64,000 nt of DNA, from positions 51,123 through 115,122 of the forward strand of contig CAYNFH010000001.1 of assembly GCA_964396385.1 (NCBI GenBank), read 5' to 3'. Both the position numbers and the translations under genes were made by a program. The notes beneath the pieces were generated by a model. The model was not told the origin of the DNA. It searched no databases and saw only the letters and a program-made list of their open reading frames with translations. The stretch comes from an uncultured Chthonomonadaceae bacterium (GTDB taxonomy: Bacteria; Armatimonadota; Chthonomonadetes; Chthonomonadales; CAJBBX01). This document shows, in pieces, positions 59,422 to 64,000 of this stretch. Position 1 is the stretch's first letter. Every line of letters begins with the position of its first letter.

Positions 59422-62400
59422 CTATCGGCCGGAATGGTTGGCAGCGGCCGATGGGGCCCGCAGGGCGGACGGGGCATCCGTCTCCGTGAAGGGGGCCGCG
59501 CGCCATAGCCGGACCGTTCCGTCAGGGCTTCCAGAGATCAGGAGGTTGCCGTCCGGAGAGAACGCCAGGGAGAATATCCAGTTCTGGTGTCCCGTCAACG
59601 TGGCTTCTTCCTGGCTGACCGCCGGATTCCAGAGACGGATCGTGCCGTCCATCCCCCCTGATGCCAGCGTTTTGCTGTCGGGGGAAAAGGCGAGGGCGAG
59701 GACCGGACCCGCATGGCCGTCGAGCCGGCGCAAGAGCCTTCCACTGGCCCGGTCCCATAGGAACACAACTCCGTCGCGCTGGCCGGCCGCGATGAGCTTG
59801 TTGTCAGGAGAGAACGCAAGCGAGGCCGCGTTGGCCGTCCCCTCCAGCGTTGCCACTCGTTGCCGCCCGGCAACATCCCACAGAACAATCTTCTGATCCG
59901 GGCTCCCGGTGGCGACCGTCGTTCCGTCCGGGGAGATCGCGAGAGAGCCTAGAGGCGTCATGGGATCTCCGGTCAGCTTCCCCAGCCCTTTGTGCGAGGC
60001 CAGATTCCACAGTCGGATGGATGCCGGCACGCCGCCGGCGGCGCCGCCGTTTCCACTGACGAGAATGCCGTGGGCGGCGAAACCGACATGGGAGACTCCA
60101 AACTGGTGGCCGATGAGCGGGGGACTGATCTCCTTGCAATCCGGGACGTCCCACAGCCGAACGGTGCCATCCGTGCTCCCGCTGGCCAGCCGCTTGCCGT
60201 CTGCTGAGAACGCCAGGCCGCGGGGCAGCAGGACTTGACCAGGCCGCGGCCCAGATTCCTCTACCAGCGGGCGCCCTACCTGGGTTTTCGTGGCCGGACT
60301 CCAGAAGCGTATGGTGCGTGACCGCGCCTCCGCGATAAGCCGGCCATCCGGAGAGAATGTTACACCCCGAACCCCCTCGATACCGGCGGAGAGGATCTCG
60401 TACCCGTTGCGCTCCCTTGCGGCCTTCCGAAGGCGCTTGATGTCGGTGTCCCAAAGTCTCGCAGTACCGTCATCACTCGCAGATGCGAGAGTATCGCCGC
60501 CCGGGGAATAGGCAATGGAGGTGATTCGGCTCGTATGTCCGTGAAGGGCTGCCAGGAGTCTTCCGCTCTCGGGATTCCAGAGCCGGATCGTACCATCCGA
60601 ACCACACGATGCGATTACTGTCCCATCGGGGGAGAACTCGGTTCCGAGAATCACACCCGTATGCACGGCGTATTCCCTCAGCCGGCGGCCCGTTACAACG
60701 TCCCACAGAACCGGAGCTCCCGCTCCGGTGACGAGCCTCCGTCCGTCCGGAGAGAACGCCATGGACTGCACAAGTCCCTCCGGCGGCAGTGAGATTGGAA
60801 GGAGCTTCACCTGCCGGCCGGCGATATTCCAGAAGGTGATTCGGCTGGCTTCCTTTCCCCCGCTACAGACGGCAAGTGTCCTCCCGTCGCCTGACAGCGC
60901 CATGGGACCCGCGGAGAAGACCGGAATTGCGCGGCTCCGCGATCGATCGCCCGATCCCATATCCCAGAGCCGGATCGTGTTGTCATCCATTCCGGAGATC
61001 ATTGTCGTCCCGTCCGGCGTGAAAAGAATACGAGCCCACTGGCGATGGTATGCGGGAAACTGCCGCGCGAGTCTCACTGGACGTGACGTAAGGTCCCAAA
61101 GCTTAAGAGCCCCATCACTCCTGCCGAGGGTAGCGAGGAGTTTGCCGTCCGGCGAGAACGTCACGACGCTGGCTCCGGGGTGAGCCCTCACGGTTTCCAG
61201 AGGAATCATGCCGGTGGAGTCCCATAGCTGAACGTTGCCATCCGCGCCCGCGGCGGCCAGCACCTTTCCATCACGTGAATAAGCGACCGAGGATACCTCG
61301 CCCACGCGTTGCGGCAAGGTGTGCCGGTCCTGGCTTCGGCACATGCGCCATAGGAAGCGCCAGACAAAGTCACGCCGATCCGGAGCACCGGGCATCGGTC
61401 GATGAAGCTCCAGCAGGCGCCACGCGCGGACATACTGATCCTCATGCGACAGGTGCGCGAGGTTCATCTGCGAGGCGTAGAGCAGGTCGCCAGCGCCGGC
61501 CAGCGCTACTTGCCGATCGCTTGCCAGACGCTTCTCCCTCGCTGCCGATCGAAAAGATGTCCACGCCAGCGCTCCCGCCAGCCCCACGACCACACTGGCC
61601 GCCGCGGTAGCCCGCACAAGGCCGAGGCGGTATGCCGCCCGCTGCCTCCGTACCTCTGCGCCCGGCATATGGGCGGCGATCCACCGGCGGTCGAACGCTC
61701 GCTCGTAGAGGCGGTTGCGAATGACCAGCCGCCCTGCGCCGCCCGTATCGCACGTGCTAATGACACGGACAACCCCGGACAGCTTCAATACTGTGACCAG
61801 CGGGTTCGTTTCATGATTCTCCACTCGCCGCCCAGATAGCACGCGCTCATAAAGCTTGAGCAGATCGACAAGCTCCTCACCGCTCCTAAGCAGGCGTTCG
61901 CGCACGAACTGGAGGTTGTCGTCGACGTCTCGGGAGCCGGGGCTAAAGAAGAGACGCTCGCATAGGGAATCTACCGCGCCCGAACCCTGGAATCGAGGGT
62001 CTCTGCCGACCGCCTGGCAGAGACGCTGGGTCAGGTAGGGGTGCCCGGAGGTCCAGTAGAGGATGCGGGAAAGCAGGCGTTCAGGCGTTCGGGCATTCAG
62101 GTGATTGGTCTCTGGGCTGAGCGGCTCTGGACGTTCCACTTCGCTCTTGATAGGATCGTCCTCTTCATCCGAACGTCTGAACGCCTGAACGCCCAGCCCT
62201 GCCGCCAGCGGCGCCGCCTCTTCCTCCGTGAAGTCCGTCAGCTCGATGCGGTGGCCGATGTTGAAGGGCGTATTACGTGTGTCCCGGATCAGGTCGCCGG
62301 GCGTGGCTACTCCCAGCAGGCAGAAGGTCAAACGCCGATACTCGGGAATCTCACTTCGGCGGTTATAGCACTCTCGGATGGCGGAGAAGAACTCGTCGGC

Positions 62401-62847
62401 GGAAAACGGGAGCGAGCGTACCGCGTCGATCTCGTCGATAAAGAGAACAATCTGTCCGGGTACTTTCTCCAGCGCCACTTCCCGAAGCGCCTGCATCCAC
62501 CGTTGTATCGGGCCGAAACGCTCTTTGCCAAGCCAGTACTCCTCGAGCTCGTCCTCCAGACCCAGGCCCCGGGAGAGCAGGTGAAGGAGCCCGTCATACC
62601 ACTGCTCTGCGGAAAGGTTCTGGCCCACGGCCGTCAGATCCAGCGCGACCGTCGTGACCCCTTCCCGACGAAGGCGCGCCGCAGTTCGCACCATAAGGGA
62701 CGACTTGCCCATCTGACGAGAAGTCAGAACGTAGCAGAACTCACCGTCTCGCAGAGCCTGGAATAGCTCGGAATCGGCTGCTCGCTCCAGGTAGGAGCGG
62801 GCGTCCGGGGGGAGCGTGCCTCCCGTAATGTAGAACGCCGTCTCCAT
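59422..62847 (-). CDS. AAA_35-type STAND ATPase - TM segment - WD40 repeat protein
   Basis: FYITGGTLPPDARSYLERAADSELF...LTSRQMGKSSL (Walker A)...LFIDEIDA (Walker B), TM segment VRATAAASVVVGLAGALAWTSF, then about 14 WD40 repeats (...DGT(I/V)RLWD...). Start taken at ATG 62847 rather than 62982. Confidence 0.85.
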   Translation of the reverse strand: METAFYITGGTLPPDARSYLERAADSELFQALRDGEFCYVLTSRQMGKSSLMVRTAARLRREGVTTVALDLTAVGQNLSAEQWYDGLLHLLSRGLGLEDELEEYWLGKERFGPIQRWMQALREVALEKVPGQIVLFIDEIDAVRSLPFSADEFFSAIRECYNRRSEIPEYRRLTFCLLGVATPGDLIRDTRNTPFNIGHRIELTDFTEEEAAPLAAGLGVQAFRRSDEEDDPIKSEVERPEPLSPETNHLNARTPERLLSRILYWTSGHPYLTQRLCQAVGRDPRFQGSGAVDSLCERLFFSPGSRDVDDNLQFVRERLLRSGEELVDLLKLYERVLSGRRVENHETNPLVTVLKLSGVVRVISTCDTGGAGRLVIRNRLYERAFDRRWIAAHMPGAEVRRQRAAYRLGLVRATAAASVVVGLAGALAWTSFRSAAREKRLASDRQVALAGAGDLLYASQMNLAHLSHEDQYVRAWRLLELHRPMPGAPDRRDFVWRFLWRMCRSQDRHTLPQRVGEVSSVAYSRDGKVLAAAGADGNVQLWDSTGMIPLETVRAHPGASVVTFSPDGKLLATLGRSDGALKLWDLTSRPVRLARQFPAYHRQWARILFTPDGTTMISGMDDNTIRLWDMGSGDRSRSRAIPVFSAGPMALSGDGRTLAVCSGGKEASRITFWNIAGRQVKLLPISLPPEGLVQSMAFSPDGRRLVTGAGAPVLWDVVTGRRLREYAVHTGVILGTEFSPDGTVIASCGSDGTIRLWNPESGRLLAALHGHTSRITSIAYSPGGDTLASASDDGTARLWDTDIKRLRKAARERNGYEILSAGIEGVRGVTFSPDGRLIAEARSRTIRFWSPATKTQVGRPLVEESGPRPGQVLLPRGLAFSADGKRLASGSTDGTVRLWDVPDCKEISPPLIGHQFGVSHVGFAAHGILVSGNGGAAGGVPASIRLWNLASHKGLGKLTGDPMTPLGSLAISPDGTTVATGSPDQKIVLWDVAGRQRVATLEGTANAASLAFSPDNKLIAAGQRDGVVFLWDRASGRLLRRLDGHAGPVLALAFSPDSKTLASGGMDGTIRLWNPAVSQEEATLTGHQNWIFSLAFSPDGNLLISGSPDGTVRLWRAAPFTETDAPSALRAPSAAANHSGR
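62076..62193. repeat. Inverted-repeat-bounded ~118-bp segment inside the STAND-WD40 CDS
   Basis: GGCGTTCAGGCGTTC (62076-62090) is the exact reverse complement of GAACGCCTGAACGCC (62179-62193). The arms extend imperfectly to about 25 nt and are built from GCGTTCAG-like units. Confidence 0.85.
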
Positions 62848-62897
62848 CGTCCCGATAGAGTTATGCTCCGGCCCCTGCGCCGGATCGGTCGATCGGC

Positions 62898-63971
62898 TCA
62901 CCCTAGCGCTCCAGGGACGTCGAGCTTCCGTCCCAGATACTCCCGATAGACTCCGCAGCGGGGCGCCGCCTCCGTGGGACATTGCCCTGTGATGACCCCG
63001 GCGCTTCGCAGCCGGTAGAACGAGGCCTCCTCCGAGCAGCCGCGCCCTTTCAGTATGGATGTCACTTCATCGCACAGCTCCGGGGCCTGCACAAGGGCGG
63101 CCCACATGCGGCGCAAATGATCACCAAATGGACCGTCTTCCTGGGCCGCTTTGGCTTCCAGTGCAGCAGCGTCGATCCCCTTTTCTGCCATCAGGTGAAG
63201 ACCGCGGCGGACCAGGTAGGGACAGCCACCGACCAGCGTATACAGCCGCTCGATTCCGGGCCCATCGGCTATGGGCGAACCGTATCGCCGGTTCAGGTCC
63301 GCCACCTCCCCGCGGGTAAAGTCTTCCAGCGCAAGCCGCGTACCAACATTAAAGGGAGATTGGTTCAGGTCCGAGATGAACAGGTGGGCTTCGGTGGCGT
63401 ATGCCATTGCCAGGGTCAGCCGACACCACGGGCCGCCAGGATTGAGCGCGCGGTCATTGTGCCACGAGCGGAAGAGACCGAACACCACGCCGCTGAACGA
63501 AGAGCTGAAGAGCCGGTCCACTTCGTCGAGCGCCCATACGACATGCCCATCGTCGGAACGAAGCACGTCACGGCGCATGAAGCGCTCAAAGTTCACATTC
63601 CATCCTCGCCGGCCGTCCGCTACGTCGTCAAAGGAGACGTCGAGATCAAGCTGATCCGCCATCATCTCTCCAAAGGCGCGGAAGAGCGCGGCAGGTGATT
63701 CTAGCTGTTCCGGCGCGGCCCTTTGCATGTCAGTGAGCACGACACGGGCGCCAGCCTCTCGCGCATGCTGGAGGGATCGGGCCAAAAGGGAGGTCTTGCC
63801 GACCTGACGGGGACCTCTTACCAGGACGATGCTGTCGTGGTCCTGGACCGCGGTCAGGAACTCATGATCAGTAGGGCGGACGATGTAGAACCGCGAGTCA
63901 AGCGGCACCGCCCCGCCGTCCGGCTCCAGACGCGAACCCGTCCGCGCGTCCGGGACTAGAGAGCGGGGCAC
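62898..63971 (-). CDS. AAA_35-type STAND ATPase (stand-alone paralogue of the N-terminal module of 59422..62847)
   Basis: DSRFYIVRPTDHEFLTAV...VRGPRQVGKTSLL (Walker A)...VWALDEVD (Walker B)...SPFNVGTRLALEDFT...GGCPYLV. Confidence 0.75.
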   Translation of the reverse strand: MPRSLVPDARTGSRLEPDGGAVPLDSRFYIVRPTDHEFLTAVQDHDSIVLVRGPRQVGKTSLLARSLQHAREAGARVVLTDMQRAAPEQLESPAALFRAFGEMMADQLDLDVSFDDVADGRRGWNVNFERFMRRDVLRSDDGHVVWALDEVDRLFSSSFSGVVFGLFRSWHNDRALNPGGPWCRLTLAMAYATEAHLFISDLNQSPFNVGTRLALEDFTRGEVADLNRRYGSPIADGPGIERLYTLVGGCPYLVRRGLHLMAEKGIDAAALEAKAAQEDGPFGDHLRRMWAALVQAPELCDEVTSILKGRGCSEEASFYRLRSAGVITGQCPTEAAPRCGVYREYLGRKLDVPGALG

Positions 63972-64000
63972 AGCATGCGCAGGCTCGCCGCGCGCTAATT

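Overview
High-GC bacterial chromosomal window, by eye about 65-70% GC (not computed). Family content (DUF1552/DUF1592 pair, TIGR03067 remnant, HAF-like repeats, Tat-signal proteins) suggests a Planctomycetes-, Armatimonadetes- or Acidobacteria-like soil bacterium; this is inference, as no search was run. All family names come from reading the translations and recognising motifs. Most start codons are uncertain by a few tens of nt.

Gene content:
- Decayed accessory patch (1-2.8 kb): DUF559 nuclease, orphan hicB, ghost hsdM and repeat elements.
- Transporters: three MFS genes and an RND/MFP/TolC efflux operon.
- Xylan/arabinan utilisation set: LacI, GH10 xylanase, three copies of an esterase module, GH51 arabinofuranosidase.
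- Translationally coupled operon: dienelactone hydrolase, amidohydrolase, Rieske protein.
- Signalling genes: cyclase-STAND-TPR, MalT-like LuxR, two adjacent sigma factors, REC-GGDEF, hybrid histidine kinase.
- Tandem pair of AAA_35-type STAND ATPases, one carrying a TM segment and WD40 repeats.
- At least five gene remnants: hsdM, TIGR03067, aldo/keto reductase, DUF899, DUF433.

The least-explained structure is a ~0.9 kb non-coding, repeat- and palindrome-dense island at about 49.0-49.95 kb. It holds a 23-bp motif in 4-5 copies, 36-bp and 27-bp perfect palindromes, and three 27-bp clusters of a 9-bp tandem repeat at ~75-bp spacing.

Other candidates for a second look:
- A 23-nt motif shared by the sigma-factor operon and the RND operon.
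- A ~69-nt hairpin-containing repeat family flanking the DUF559 gene.
- An inverted-repeat-bounded in-frame insertion inside the STAND-WD40 gene.
- A retropepsin-like two-gene cassette.
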